A DNA stretch of 64,000 nt, from positions 10,195-74,194 of the forward strand of contig CANRGA010000001.1 in assembly GCA_947630055.1 (NCBI GenBank). The letters are read 5' to 3'. The notes below the pieces were generated by a model that had not been told where the DNA came from, made no database searches, and was given only the letters and a program-made list of their open reading frames with translations. Below, piece by piece: positions 36,417-46,409 of this stretch (the first letter of the stretch is position 1; every line of letters starts with the position of its first letter). Made by a program: the position numbers and the translations under genes. This stretch comes from an uncultured Bacilli bacterium. Its GTDB lineage: Bacteria; Bacillota_I; Bacilli_A; RF39; UBA660.

Positions 36417-38636
36417 ATGAAGTTTAAGGTAGAAGCTAAAGACTTTTTCTTATTTGTAGTATATTGTATTATACTTCTTTATTTATGTGCTTTAGCAGTT
36501 TCTAATTTATTTTGCCTACTTAATTATGGTACATTTTATGGACTTCTTCCTTTAAGTGCTTTCTCTTTGCAATATTTACCATTTACTTTAGGATTATTCA
36601 TTGGGGCCTTAATTTTAATATTTACTAGTGTCTCTTCTTATATTTTTAATAAAGATAAAGGTAGTGGCTTTGGTATTAAAGTTAATAAAGAAAAAACTAG
36701 TGATGGTTATGCTAGATGGGCTAAAGATAAGGAGATAAAAACAGCTAATAAAGTTGTTAAAATTAATCCAACTGATAAAGTACTTACAGCTGGTGGAATT
36801 CCTTTAATTAGTAATCCAAAAGAAATATGGGTTGATAATAGTGATTATCATAATTTGGTAATAGGTTCTACTGGTAGTGGTAAAACTGAAAATTTAGTAT
36901 TTCCAATGGTAAATATCTTAGCTAAAAAAGGTGAAAGTATGATTATTACTGATCCTAAAGGTGAGATATATAGTAAAACTGCTAATAACTTAAAAGAACG
37001 TGGATATAAAATTATTGTTTTAAATTTTAGGGAACCAGGAAAAGGTAATGCTTGGAATCCTTTGGATATGCCTTATAAGTATTATAAGGAAGGTAATTAT
37101 GATAAAGCCACTGAACTTCTAGAAGATGTTTCTTTAAATATATTATACGATCCATCTAAAGGAAATGGTGATTCTGAATTCTGGGAAAAAGGATCAGCTG
37201 ATTACTTTTCAGGGTTAGCTATTGGATTATTCCAAGATGCATCGGAAAAAGAAATAAATTTAAATAGTATTAATTATATGAGTACTGTTGGTGAAGAAAG
37301 ATATGCTACTAGTAACTTTATAAAAGAATATTTTAATTTAAAAGGTAAAGAATCAAATGCTTATATGTTTGCTAATACAGTTATTAATGCTCCAAACGAT
37401 ACAAAGGGTGGTTTACTTTCAACATTTAGTCAAAAAATAAGAATGTTTTCTACTAAAGAAAATTTAGCGGAAATGCTTTCTTATAGTGACTTTGATATGC
37501 GTGACATTGGTAAAGGTAAAACTGCTGTATTTATGATTATTCATGATGAGAAAAAGACATATCATACATTGATGACTATTTTTATAAAACAAGTATATGA
37601 AACTCTTATTGATGTAGCGCAAGCTAATGGAGGAAAACTTCAATATCGTACTAATTTTATTTTAGATGAATTTGCTAATATGCCACCTCTTAAAGATGTT
37701 GATAGTATGGTATCAGCAGCAAGAAGTCGTGATATAAGATTTACTTTTATTATTCAAAACTTTGCTCAACTTAATGATGTATATGGTGAAGAAGTAGCAC
37801 AAGTAATTAGAGGTAATTGTGGTAATTTAATTTATTTAATTTCAACAGAACTTAAAGCCTTAGAAGAAATAAGTAAAATGTGTGGTGAAGTTAAATCAAA
37901 AGAAAAGGATAAAACTGCTTCAACTCCATTAGTTACAGTTAGTGATTTACAAAAATTAAAATTAGGTGAAGCAATTATTTTAAGACTTAGAATGAATCCA
38001 TTTAAAACAAAATATGCTCCTAATTTTAAAATAAATTGGGGAGAAGATTATCCACTAGCGACATATCCTACTAGGGAATTTCATCAAGTTGAATTATTTG
38101 ATTTAAAAAAATATGTTACAGAAGAAAAAAGAAAACGTATGATGAATAATACAAATAATGATGCTAATTCAATGATGCAACCAGGTGGAATAAGTCCATT
38201 TGGTATGGGTGGTGGCTTTGGTATGCCAGGTATGCCAGCTGGTAATCCAATGAATTCTTTAAATGGTTCAGCATCAAATCCTTTTGCTGGTGGCTTACAA
38301 AATATGGATATCGATGCTATGATGAAAGATATCGATCGTAAACTTAAAGAACTTGACGAAGAAGAAAAACGTCAAAAAGAAAAATTAAAGATGCAAAATC
38401 AAAAAATTACTAATGATTCACCATTTAAATTATCAGATGATACAGAATTGCCAGAATTAAAAGAAAAAGCATTAAATGAAGAACTTGATAAGGACATAAA
38501 AGAAAAAGAAGAGCCTAAAGATGAAAGTTCAAAAATAGATAAACCAAAAGTTAATATTGATGTTGATAGTGTTATTATGAATGAAAATGTAATAACTGAT
38601 GATGAATTTTTTGACGATTTCTTTGGTGATGAATAA
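36417..38636 (+). CDS. VirD4/TraG/TcpA-family type IV coupling protein
   Basis: N-terminal TMs. Walker A LVIGSTGSGKTE. Walker B FILDEFANM. Gly/Met/Pro-rich then acidic C-terminal tail. Confidence 0.8.
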   Translation: MKFKVEAKDFFLFVVYCIILLYLCALAVSNLFCLLNYGTFYGLLPLSAFSLQYLPFTLGLFIGALILIFTSVSSYIFNKDKGSGFGIKVNKEKTSDGYARWAKDKEIKTANKVVKINPTDKVLTAGGIPLISNPKEIWVDNSDYHNLVIGSTGSGKTENLVFPMVNILAKKGESMIITDPKGEIYSKTANNLKERGYKIIVLNFREPGKGNAWNPLDMPYKYYKEGNYDKATELLEDVSLNILYDPSKGNGDSEFWEKGSADYFSGLAIGLFQDASEKEINLNSINYMSTVGEERYATSNFIKEYFNLKGKESNAYMFANTVINAPNDTKGGLLSTFSQKIRMFSTKENLAEMLSYSDFDMRDIGKGKTAVFMIIHDEKKTYHTLMTIFIKQVYETLIDVAQANGGKLQYRTNFILDEFANMPPLKDVDSMVSAARSRDIRFTFIIQNFAQLNDVYGEEVAQVIRGNCGNLIYLISTELKALEEISKMCGEVKSKEKDKTASTPLVTVSDLQKLKLGEAIILRLRMNPFKTKYAPNFKINWGEDYPLATYPTREFHQVELFDLKKYVTEEKRKRMMNNTNNDANSMMQPGGISPFGMGGGFGMPGMPAGNPMNSLNGSASNPFAGGLQNMDIDAMMKDIDRKLKELDEEEKRQKEKLKMQNQKITNDSPFKLSDDTELPELKEKALNEELDKDIKEKEEPKDESSKIDKPKVNIDVDSVIMNENVITDDEFFDDFFGDE

Positions 38637-38643
38637 ATTCAAA

Positions 38644-38670
38644 AAGTAATGTTAATTCATTACTTTTTTA
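38644..38670 (+). terminator. rho-independent terminator after coupling protein gene
   Basis: AAGTAATG..CATTACTT hairpin followed by TTTT. Confidence 0.6.
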
Positions 38671-38716
38671 TTATGTGGAATTTTTTTAATAACATAAATT
38701 ATAATGGTGAAATAAA

Positions 38717-38974
38717 ATGCATAGTATTAAAGAAAATGAATATAAACCATATATGGGAATATTAATAGATGTTAGAGATCCGGTAAGCTATAAAGAAGGG
38801 CATAATCCAAGTAGTATTAATATCTATTATGATAAATTGTTATTAAATCATAAAACAATGTTAGATAAAAATAAAAAATATTTTCTTATTTGTGATAAAG
38901 GACATAAAAGTAAACAAGCTGCTAGAATATTAACATTTTACGGTTATAATGTCACATATGTAATAAATTCGTGA
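38717..38974 (+). CDS. single-domain rhodanese-like protein
   Basis: ILIDVRDPVSYKEGH and active-site-like loop LICDKGHKSKQAARIL. Confidence 0.5.
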   Translation: MHSIKENEYKPYMGILIDVRDPVSYKEGHNPSSINIYYDKLLLNHKTMLDKNKKYFLICDKGHKSKQAARILTFYGYNVTYVINS

Positions 38975-39005
38975 AAATTACTCATAATTATATTATAATA
39001 ATTGT

Positions 39006-39599
39006 GTGGTATTTATGATGAATTTTTTAAATAATTTATATAATATAATTATGGATATAGTAACTAATTCAGTCTTTTGGGGGCCTGTTTTAGCATGCAT
39101 ATTAATATTTTTTGAATCAATAATTCCTGTTTTACCATTGTTTGTATTTATAACAATAATATTTATTGCTTATGGTTATGTATTTGGTTTTATAATATCT
39201 TATATCTTAACTTGTCTAGGATGTTTTTTTATGTTTTATTTATGTCGAACAGTTTTAAAAGATATTTTTACTAAAAGAATTAGAAAAGTAGAGAAGTTTG
39301 ATAATTTAATGAAAAAAATAGATAAAATATCTTTATCAAATTTAGTTTTATTAATAGCTATTCCTTTTACACCAGCTTTTTTAATTAATATAGCCTCTGC
39401 TTTATCAGAAATAAAATTCAAAAAATTTGCAATAGCGGTTTTAATAGGGAAGGTTTCATTAGTATTTTTCTGGGGATTTATTGGTACTAGTTTAATTGAA
39501 AGTTTAAAAAATCCTAAAATATTAATAGTTATTTTAATTATGTTAGCTATAGCATATGTTCTAAGTAAAATTGCTACGAAAAAATTAGATATTGAGTAA
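39006..39599 (+). CDS. DedA/TVP38-family membrane protein
   Basis: Hydrophobic profile and FESIIPVLPLFVFITIIFIAYGY..LCRTVLKD typical of SNARE-associated/DedA proteins. Confidence 0.55.
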   Translation: MVFMMNFLNNLYNIIMDIVTNSVFWGPVLACILIFFESIIPVLPLFVFITIIFIAYGYVFGFIISYILTCLGCFFMFYLCRTVLKDIFTKRIRKVEKFDNLMKKIDKISLSNLVLLIAIPFTPAFLINIASALSEIKFKKFAIAVLIGKVSLVFFWGFIGTSLIESLKNPKILIVILIMLAIAYVLSKIATKKLDIE

Positions 39600-39681
39600 A
39601 TAAAATGTCAATTATCCAATAGTAATATTGTTTTACATAATTTTAAATAGTATATTAATAATAGGTTGGTAGGTGATATTA

Positions 39682-40665
39682 ATGCCATTATCAGAAAAAG
39701 AAATGTTTGATAAAATTAATTTGCAAAGTGATTGTCGTAAAATAGCTGAAGAATATATATGTAAATATTATGGTAATTTATACACTTTAGATGAAGCTAT
39801 GAAAATTGCTAAATATTTAATGTTAGAATTACCTAAGAATCCTAATGCATCTACTAAAGATTTTATTTTAAATGGCTACTATGATGATATCATAATTAAT
39901 AGAGGAAAAATGATTGTAGCTAGAAGTAAAAGTATAAAAAATGATACAGAAGACATTATAGAAATAAAATTAAAAACAAAAAAAGAATTAATAAGTAAAG
40001 ATAAATTAAAAAGATTAATTGCAGGATTAGTAGCTACTGTTTCAATTGCGTCTGTTTTTGCATTAAGATTTAATAATAACTATGAAGAATTAAAAGAAGC
40101 AACTACAATAAAATTAGGACAACTTGCTAGTGATGATTATGTTAATAAAACTACTATTTTAGCACAAAATAGTATGCCTACTTATGACGCTCTTGGTAAC
40201 TATATATCATTGTCTGAAGGTGTTGCTAGTGATATTTTAAATATATGTATTAAAGATCCAACCCTTTTTGATGTAACCATATATGATACATATTATAGTA
40301 TAAGTAGTAATAGATTAGATAATTTTAATAATATATGGAATACATTAAAAACTTATATGGCTAATGATGAAGCATTTTCACCTTTATATGCTAAAATTGC
40401 TAATCAATCTTTTTTAGGCTATGTTTTAGAAATGTTAACCAAAAGAGGAGATGTCATTCATTATATGCCTGAATATCAAAAATGTGCAAATATAGTTGAT
40501 GAATATGCTAAAGTTGGTTCATATGATGCTTTAAGTAAAGAATCTCATGTTGTTTTAAGAGAAATGATGGATAAATACGAAGAATTAGGTAAAGAATTAT
40601 ATAAAACAAATAAAAAAACAATTAATAACTTAGTAGAAGAAGAAAAGGAACTAGGTGGAAGATAA
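39682..40665 (+). CDS. hypothetical protein with central TM segment
   Basis: ATG 39682 after AGGTGA. No recognisable motif. Confidence 0.4.
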   Translation: MPLSEKEMFDKINLQSDCRKIAEEYICKYYGNLYTLDEAMKIAKYLMLELPKNPNASTKDFILNGYYDDIIINRGKMIVARSKSIKNDTEDIIEIKLKTKKELISKDKLKRLIAGLVATVSIASVFALRFNNNYEELKEATTIKLGQLASDDYVNKTTILAQNSMPTYDALGNYISLSEGVASDILNICIKDPTLFDVTIYDTYYSISSNRLDNFNNIWNTLKTYMANDEAFSPLYAKIANQSFLGYVLEMLTKRGDVIHYMPEYQKCANIVDEYAKVGSYDALSKESHVVLREMMDKYEELGKELYKTNKKTINNLVEEEKELGGR

Positions 40666-40910
40666 TGGCTGATTTAGATATCTTAACTTTAGAAAATAAT
40701 AAGGATTATATTGTAATAGATACATTAGTAAATGAAGATAATAAATATTTATTTTTAGTAAATAAAGAAGATGATAATGATATAGTTATCAGAAAAGTAA
40801 TAAAAAAAGAAGATGGCGAATATATTATCAAGTTAGATAATGAAGATGAATTTGAAGAAGTAATGTATTTATTTAAAGAAAAACATAAGGGTGATGACAA
40901 TGAAAAATAA
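40665..40910 (+). CDS. small acidic hypothetical protein
   Basis: Start overlaps previous stop (TAATGG). 81 aa. Confidence 0.35.
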   Translation: MADLDILTLENNKDYIVIDTLVNEDNKYLFLVNKEDDNDIVIRKVIKKEDGEYIIKLDNEDEFEEVMYLFKEKHKGDDNEK

Positions 40911-41364
40911 TAAAAGTATAATATTAGGAATTGCATTAATTATAATTGTATGCATTATTACAGTTGGTTGTGGATTTTATAATTTATTAGATGCTAAAGA
41001 TTTTAAAGAACATTTTGGTGCTTTAGGATATACTATTAGTGACTCAGAAACGCCAAAATATGAAGCTGATACTTATTTAGTAGCTACTAAAGAAGATGTG
41101 CCATATAAAATTGAATATTATGAATTTGAAGATGAATTGGCTGCTAAAAAAGTCTATAAAAAATATTTCGATAGTATTTCTGACTATATAACAACAGATT
41201 CTAAAAATAAAGAAACAACTGGAGCAGTACTATCTAAAACTGTTGCGGTATCTGATAATGAATATATAATAATATCTAGAGTAAAAAATACTTTAATATT
41301 TATTGCAAGTACTAAAGATTATAAGTCTGAAATAGATAATTTATTAGAAGACATTAAATATTAA
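40891..41364 (+). CDS. putative lipoprotein
   Basis: Signal plus lipobox-like IITVGC. 157 aa. Confidence 0.4.
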   Translation: MMTMKNNKSIILGIALIIIVCIITVGCGFYNLLDAKDFKEHFGALGYTISDSETPKYEADTYLVATKEDVPYKIEYYEFEDELAAKKVYKKYFDSISDYITTDSKNKETTGAVLSKTVAVSDNEYIIISRVKNTLIFIASTKDYKSEIDNLLEDIKY

Positions 41365-41366
41365 AA

Positions 41367-41390
41367 AGGAAGATAAAGATTCTTCCTTTT
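41367..41390. terminator. bidirectional rho-independent terminator
   Basis: AGGAAG..CTTCCT hairpin flanked by A-run and T-run. Confidence 0.55.
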
Positions 41391-41706
41391 AATTTTCTAA
41401 ATTATTTAATTCTGTTTGTAATTCTTTAGCTAAAGTGTCTATTTTAGTATCAGTTGCTTTTTCTAAACTATACCAACCTAAATAAAACATAAGCTCATAG
41501 CTTTTTCTTTGAGCATCAGCTAAAGCATCATACATTTTTTTATAATCTTTATATAGTTTTTCGTGTGATGCTTCCGTTATGGCTACAGTCATATTTTTAG
41601 TAAGTTCTTTTAAATGTGATAAAAGAATAGTCATATAATCTTGATCATTTAAAGATATGCCCGTTGGTACTTCTTTTTTGGAATTACATATTTTATTATT
41701 ATTCAT
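41389..41706 (-). CDS. spore coat protein F (Coat_F domain)-like small protein
   Basis: LNDQDYMTILLSHLKELTKNMTVAITEASHEKLYKDY...ELMFYLGWYSLEKA resembles YraD/CotF Coat_F signature (GWY). Confidence 0.45.
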   Translation of the reverse strand: MNNNKICNSKKEVPTGISLNDQDYMTILLSHLKELTKNMTVAITEASHEKLYKDYKKMYDALADAQRKSYELMFYLGWYSLEKATDTKIDTLAKELQTELNNLEN

Positions 41707-41929
41707 TACTATTTCCTTCTTCCAATATTTTTAATACTTTTTGCATATTTTGATAAAATAATTTTGAACAATCTGATACTACTTTTTCCACTTTTCTATC
41801 CGCTATATTAGTAAGGGCATCTTCACATACTTTATATGCTGTATGATGCCAACCAAAGATATCTTTTAAATAATCTAAATCTTTATTTGTTAAAATATCT
41901 GGTGCTAATTTATACTCTTCATTAGTCAT
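41699..41929 (-). CDS. small protein co-transcribed with coat-F-like gene (YraE-like candidate)
   Basis: Overlapping start and stop with 41389..41706. 76 aa. Confidence 0.3.
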   Translation of the reverse strand: MTNEEYKLAPDILTNKDLDYLKDIFGWHHTAYKVCEDALTNIADRKVEKVVSDCSKLFYQNMQKVLKILEEGNSNE

Positions 41930-41974
41930 AAAATCATCCTTTCTATAATTATTATTAAAATATTATTTAAAAGT

Positions 41975-42544
41975 ATGTATTATTTAAATAGTAATTTTTG
42001 GCTTTATTTATTATATATTTTAGTTAATACTAATATTGTGATAATTATGGATGATTTAATTATAAAGATAGGTCTTTTATTTTATTTATCGAGTATTTTA
42101 GGCTATATTTATGAACTTATTTTATGTTACTTTTATACAGGCAAACTTTTTAGTCATGGCATTTTATCTGGTCCATGGTTGCCAATTTATGGTATAGGTT
42201 CTTTATTTATATTGCTTATTAATAGGTATAAAGATAAGCCTTTAATTATTTTTGCTTTATCATTTTTAATAACAGGTATTTTAGAATATACATCTGGTTT
42301 ATTTTTACTTAAAGTATTTAAAATGCGCCTTTGGGATTATACTAATCGTATTTTTAATATTGATGGTTTAGTTTGCTTACTTAGTGCTTTTTGTTTTGGC
42401 ATTTGTGGATTAATTATTACTTATTTAATTGAGCCTTTTATAAATAAAATATTACAAGTATTTTCGAAAGAAAAAATTAGTAAAATTTTAAATATTTTAA
42501 ATAGTATGTTTATAGGTGATATAATTGCAACTAATCTTAATTAA
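41975..42544 (+). CDS. polytopic membrane protein (DUF1113-like)
   Basis: YELILCYFYTG..GPWLPIYGIG motif. Likely real start ATG 42044. Confidence 0.4.
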   Translation: MYYLNSNFWLYLLYILVNTNIVIIMDDLIIKIGLLFYLSSILGYIYELILCYFYTGKLFSHGILSGPWLPIYGIGSLFILLINRYKDKPLIIFALSFLITGILEYTSGLFLLKVFKMRLWDYTNRIFNIDGLVCLLSAFCFGICGLIITYLIEPFINKILQVFSKEKISKILNILNSMFIGDIIATNLN

Positions 42545-42573
42545 GTATATAATATACTTGGTTTGGAGGCATT

Positions 42574-43266
42574 ATGAATTTAGATGGCTTAGTTGTTTTA
42601 GTAGTTGGTGGCACCAGTGGTATAGGTAGTACTTTAATTAATATTTTACATGAGTATGGGGCTACCGTAGTTGCTACATATCATAATAAAAAAATAAATA
42701 ATGAATTAATTGATATTTACTATTGTGATATAACAAGTGAAGATAGTATAAATGAGTTAATGAATTATATAAAAGAAAAGCACGAAAAATTAGATGTAGT
42801 TGTAAATTGCAGTGCTATTGATATAGCAAATGATATATATAATAAAACTAAAGATGAATTTATGAAAGTTTTAGAAGTCAATTTAGTTGGTAGTTTTTTA
42901 ATTATGAAAGAGGCCTCTAAAATAATGAGTAGAGGAGTAATTATCAATTTATCATCAACTGATGCTACAGATACTTATAATACTTTAAGTATGGATTATG
43001 CATCTAGTAAAGCAGGAGTAGAGAATTTAGTTAAGAATATGGCAGAAAGATTACCTAATTTAAAGATATGTGCTCTAGCACCTAATTGGGTTGATACTGC
43101 TGCAGTACTTGAAATGGATCCTAATTATTTAAAAGAGGAAATGAATAGAGTAGGACAAAAAGAATTAATTAAAAAAGAAAATGTTGCTTTAAAAATATTA
43201 GAAATAATTATCAATGATGATATTAGAAGTGGCGATATAATTAGAATGAGTGGTAAAGATGAATAA
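42574..43266 (+). CDS. short-chain dehydrogenase/reductase family oxidoreductase
   Basis: VVGGTSGIGS cofactor motif. YASSKAG catalytic motif. Confidence 0.75.
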   Translation: MNLDGLVVLVVGGTSGIGSTLINILHEYGATVVATYHNKKINNELIDIYYCDITSEDSINELMNYIKEKHEKLDVVVNCSAIDIANDIYNKTKDEFMKVLEVNLVGSFLIMKEASKIMSRGVIINLSSTDATDTYNTLSMDYASSKAGVENLVKNMAERLPNLKICALAPNWVDTAAVLEMDPNYLKEEMNRVGQKELIKKENVALKILEIIINDDIRSGDIIRMSGKDE

Positions 43267-44518
43267 ATATTTAGAATACTTTAAAGTAGAAGAAAAAGTT
43301 AAAGACTTAGTTTTAAAATGTGAAAAAGAATTACAAAATATTTATCAAAGTATTGATGATTTAGCATTTTTAAATAGTTTAAAAGTAATTACAGCTTTTA
43401 ATAAAGAAAATGTTTGTGAAAGTGATTTTAATACCTCAACTGGTTATGGTTATAGTGATATGGGTAGAGATAAAATAGAAAGAATATTTGCAAGCATTTT
43501 AGGTGGTGAAGATGCTTTAGTTCGAAGCCAAATAATATCTGGAACGCATGCTCTCACTATTACTTTGTTTGGCTTACTTAGACCTAATGATACTCTGCTT
43601 AGTATAACTGGTACTCCATATGATACTTTGCATGAAGTTATTGGGATAAAAGAAAACGCTAGTTCTTTGAAGTCTTTTGGTATAAATTATGCTCAAATAG
43701 ATTTAGTAAATGATGATTTTGACTATGATAAAATAAAAGAATATTTAAATAATAGCAAAGTTAAAGTTATAACTATTCAAAGAAGTAAAGGATACTCTAA
43801 TAGAAAAAGTATTACAATTGATAAACTTACTAAAGTAATTAAATTTATTAAAGGTATAGATAAAGATATAATTATTATGGTTGATAATTGTTATTGTGAA
43901 TTTGTTGAAAGTGAAACACCCCTTCAAGTAGGAGCTGATATTATCGTAGGCTCACTTATTAAAAATTTAGGCGGCGGTATTGCTTCAAGTGGGGGATATG
44001 TAGCAGGTAAAAAAGATTTAATAAAATTCATTTCCGAGAGATTAACCGTCCCTGGTGAAGGTAAAGAAATAGGCCCATCTCTAAATTTTAATAAGTCTTT
44101 CTTACTCGGATTATATGAATCTCCTCATGTAGTAGCAAGTAGTTTAAAGGTAGCTATACTTACTAGTAAAGTTTTAGAAGAGTTAGGTTATAAAGTAGAG
44201 CCAAGATATAATGATAGTAGAGCAGATATAGTTGAAAGCATTATCTTTGGTAATCGAGATGATTTAATCAATTATTGTGAAGGTATTCAAGCATCTTCTG
44301 CCATTGATGCTAACTCAAAACCTATACCAACCCCAATGCCCGGCTATGATGATGAAATAATTATGGCTTCTGGTTCATTTACCCAAGGATCATCTATTGA
44401 AATATCTTGTGATGGACCATTAAGAAAGCCTTATATTGCTTATCAACAAGGTAGTTTATCTTATGAATATGGTAAACTTGCTTTAATGGTAGCAGTTAGT
44501 AAAATATTAAAAAAATAG
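43259..44518 (+). CDS. YnbB/aluminium-resistance-family PLP-dependent enzyme (Met gamma-lyase-like fold)
   Basis: TGYGYSDMGRDKIERIFASILGGEDALVRSQIISGTHAL characteristic of the YnbB family. Confidence 0.65.
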   Translation: MNKYLEYFKVEEKVKDLVLKCEKELQNIYQSIDDLAFLNSLKVITAFNKENVCESDFNTSTGYGYSDMGRDKIERIFASILGGEDALVRSQIISGTHALTITLFGLLRPNDTLLSITGTPYDTLHEVIGIKENASSLKSFGINYAQIDLVNDDFDYDKIKEYLNNSKVKVITIQRSKGYSNRKSITIDKLTKVIKFIKGIDKDIIIMVDNCYCEFVESETPLQVGADIIVGSLIKNLGGGIASSGGYVAGKKDLIKFISERLTVPGEGKEIGPSLNFNKSFLLGLYESPHVVASSLKVAILTSKVLEELGYKVEPRYNDSRADIVESIIFGNRDDLINYCEGIQASSAIDANSKPIPTPMPGYDDEIIMASGSFTQGSSIEISCDGPLRKPYIAYQQGSLSYEYGKLALMVAVSKILKK

Positions 44519-44610
44519 CTGATTTTACTTGCACTATCAAGTTAACTATGCTATATTATTAATGAACACGAAAGTGTTTTTTAATTGCAAAAGTTTTAAT
44601 GGAGGTTAAA

Positions 44611-44907
44611 ATGGCAAAAAAAGTAAAAGAAGAAAAAACAAAAGAAGTAAAAAATGCTAACAAAGTTGTTAAAGAGAAAAAGACAAAGTTAGCAAAAAAT
44701 ACTAAAAAAACAAATGATAAGAAACCAAAAGTAAAAAAAGAAGGCTTTATTAAAGGCATCAAAAAAGAACTAAAATTAGTTAAATGGCCTGATGCCAAAG
44801 AAATTATTAAATATACAATTGCGACAATTGTATTTTGTATCATTTTAGTAGCGTTCTTTGAGCTTTTAAATGTTATCTTAGCATATATAAAGGGGTTGTT
44901 TAACTAA
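44611..44907 (+). CDS. secE: preprotein translocase subunit SecE (with Lys-rich N-terminal extension)
   Basis: ATG 44611 after GGAGG. C-terminal KLVKWPDAKEIIKYTIATIVFCIILVAFFELLN. Immediately upstream of nusG. Confidence 0.7.
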   Translation: MAKKVKEEKTKEVKNANKVVKEKKTKLAKNTKKTNDKKPKVKKEGFIKGIKKELKLVKWPDAKEIIKYTIATIVFCIILVAFFELLNVILAYIKGLFN

Positions 44908-45443
44908 TGGGCGAAAAATTATGGTATGTTGTTAACACTTATTCAGGTCATGAACAAAAGGTTAAAGAAAAACTAGAAGCAAAAATTGAATCAATGGGAA
45001 TGCAAGATTATATCTTTAGAATAGTTATACCGGAAACTAAAGAAGTTGAAGTTAAAGATGGTGTAAAAAAAGAAAAAATTAAAAAAATGTTCCCAGGATA
45101 TATTTTAGTAGAAATGATTATGTCTGATGAAGCATGGTATATAGTCAGAAATACACCAGGTGTAACTGGATTTATTGGTTCATCTGGTAAAGGTGCTAAG
45201 CCTACGCCATTACTTCCACAAGAAATAGATCGTATTTTAGTTAATATGGGTATGAGTCGTGTTAATGTTGAAGATGACTTAAAAGTTGGCGATAGTGTAA
45301 GTATTATTGATGGACCATTCAAAGGTATGATGGGTAAAGTTGATAATATCGATCTTGAAAATAATCGTCTTAATATTATCATTGATTTATTTGGTCAAGA
45401 AACATCTGTTGATGTTGAATTGTTCCAAGTTAGTAAAAATTAA
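44907..45443 (+). CDS. nusG: transcription termination/antitermination factor NusG
   Basis: KLWYVVNTYSGHEQKV NGN domain. C-terminal KOW VGDSVSIIDGPFKGMMGKV. Confidence 0.9.
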   Translation: MGEKLWYVVNTYSGHEQKVKEKLEAKIESMGMQDYIFRIVIPETKEVEVKDGVKKEKIKKMFPGYILVEMIMSDEAWYIVRNTPGVTGFIGSSGKGAKPTPLLPQEIDRILVNMGMSRVNVEDDLKVGDSVSIIDGPFKGMMGKVDNIDLENNRLNIIIDLFGQETSVDVELFQVSKN

Positions 45444-45514
45444 GGGCTATTTTTAGCTCTTTTTTAATAAAATAGGAAAGTTATATAAAAAGTCAAATAA
45501 GCTGTTGCCAATCG

Positions 45515-45727
45515 TTTGTTTGTATGACACAATTATATTGTCCAGGAGGTAATGTTATGTTGATTAGTCGAGTGAAAAAAATATAAAATAAAAACAAGTA
45601 CGGCAGCGACTGTCGGAAATATGGCCTGTGGAGGAGTAAAATCCAAAGAAGCAGGAAAGATAAGCCGTGAGGCTTATCAAAGTGAAATGAAATAAATTTT
45701 AATTTATTGAATTTTACTTTTGTTCTA
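45515..45727 (+). mobile_element. 213-bp MITE-like deletion derivative of the IS605-family element at 59716..61061 (both ends retained, tnpB deleted)
   Basis: Left 75 nt match 59716..59790 (TTTGTTTG..CCAGGAGG..ATGTTAGTTGAT). Right about 135 nt match 60925..61061 (AAACAAGTACGGCAGCGACTGTCGGAAATATGG..GATAAGCCGTGAGGCTTATCAAAG..TTTTGTTCTA). Confidence 0.7.
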
Positions 45728-45766
45728 TAAATTTGAAATATGATATACTAAGGTAAGAAATTTGAA

Positions 45767-46354
45767 ATGAGGTTCAATGTGTTTAATGAATTAAAAAAAG
45801 AAATTGAAAATTGTAAATATTGTAAAGAAAAATTTGGCTTTGAACCACATCCAGTATTTTGGGGAAAGCAAAATTCAAAGATAGTTCAAATAAGCCAAGC
45901 ACCTTCAAATAATGTACATAATAGTATGAAACCATTTACTGATATTAGTGGAAAAACTCTAAAATATGAATGGTATCATATAAGTGATGATGTTTTTTAT
46001 AATCAAGATAATTTCTTTATTGGTGCTTTAGCACATTGTTACCCAGGAAAAGATAAAAATGGTAATGATAAACAACCACCAAAATGTTGTTTTAATAAAT
46101 GGGTAGAAAAAGAATTAAAAATATTAAATAATGAAATATATATTTTTATAGGTGCTAAAGCAGCAAAAATATTTTTTCCAAACGAGAATTATGAAGATTT
46201 AGTTTTTAAAAATAATATATGGAATGGTAAATTAGCAATTGTTCTTCCTCATCCATCACCTTTAAATAGAAAATGGATAAAAGATCATCCTGAATTTTTA
46301 AATAGAAGAATTTATGAAATAAGAGATATTATAGAAAATACTTTAACAAAATAA
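45767..46354 (+). CDS. uracil-DNA glycosylase superfamily protein (family 4/5-like)
   Basis: ISQAPS motif region and C-terminal VLPHPSPLN motif. Confidence 0.55.
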   Translation: MRFNVFNELKKEIENCKYCKEKFGFEPHPVFWGKQNSKIVQISQAPSNNVHNSMKPFTDISGKTLKYEWYHISDDVFYNQDNFFIGALAHCYPGKDKNGNDKQPPKCCFNKWVEKELKILNNEIYIFIGAKAAKIFFPNENYEDLVFKNNIWNGKLAIVLPHPSPLNRKWIKDHPEFLNRRIYEIRDIIENTLTK

Positions 46355-46409
46355 GAATTAATTATCACATAATTGGTTATAAAGTTGATACTCATATAAC
46401 TATTATACG

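Noticed and set aside
39236-45382. Short ORFs 39236..39421, 40706..40936, 42765..42947, 43745..43927, 44559..44843 and 45008..45382
   Set aside because: Antisense or overlapping shadows of the DedA, hypothetical, SDR, YnbB, SecE and NusG genes.
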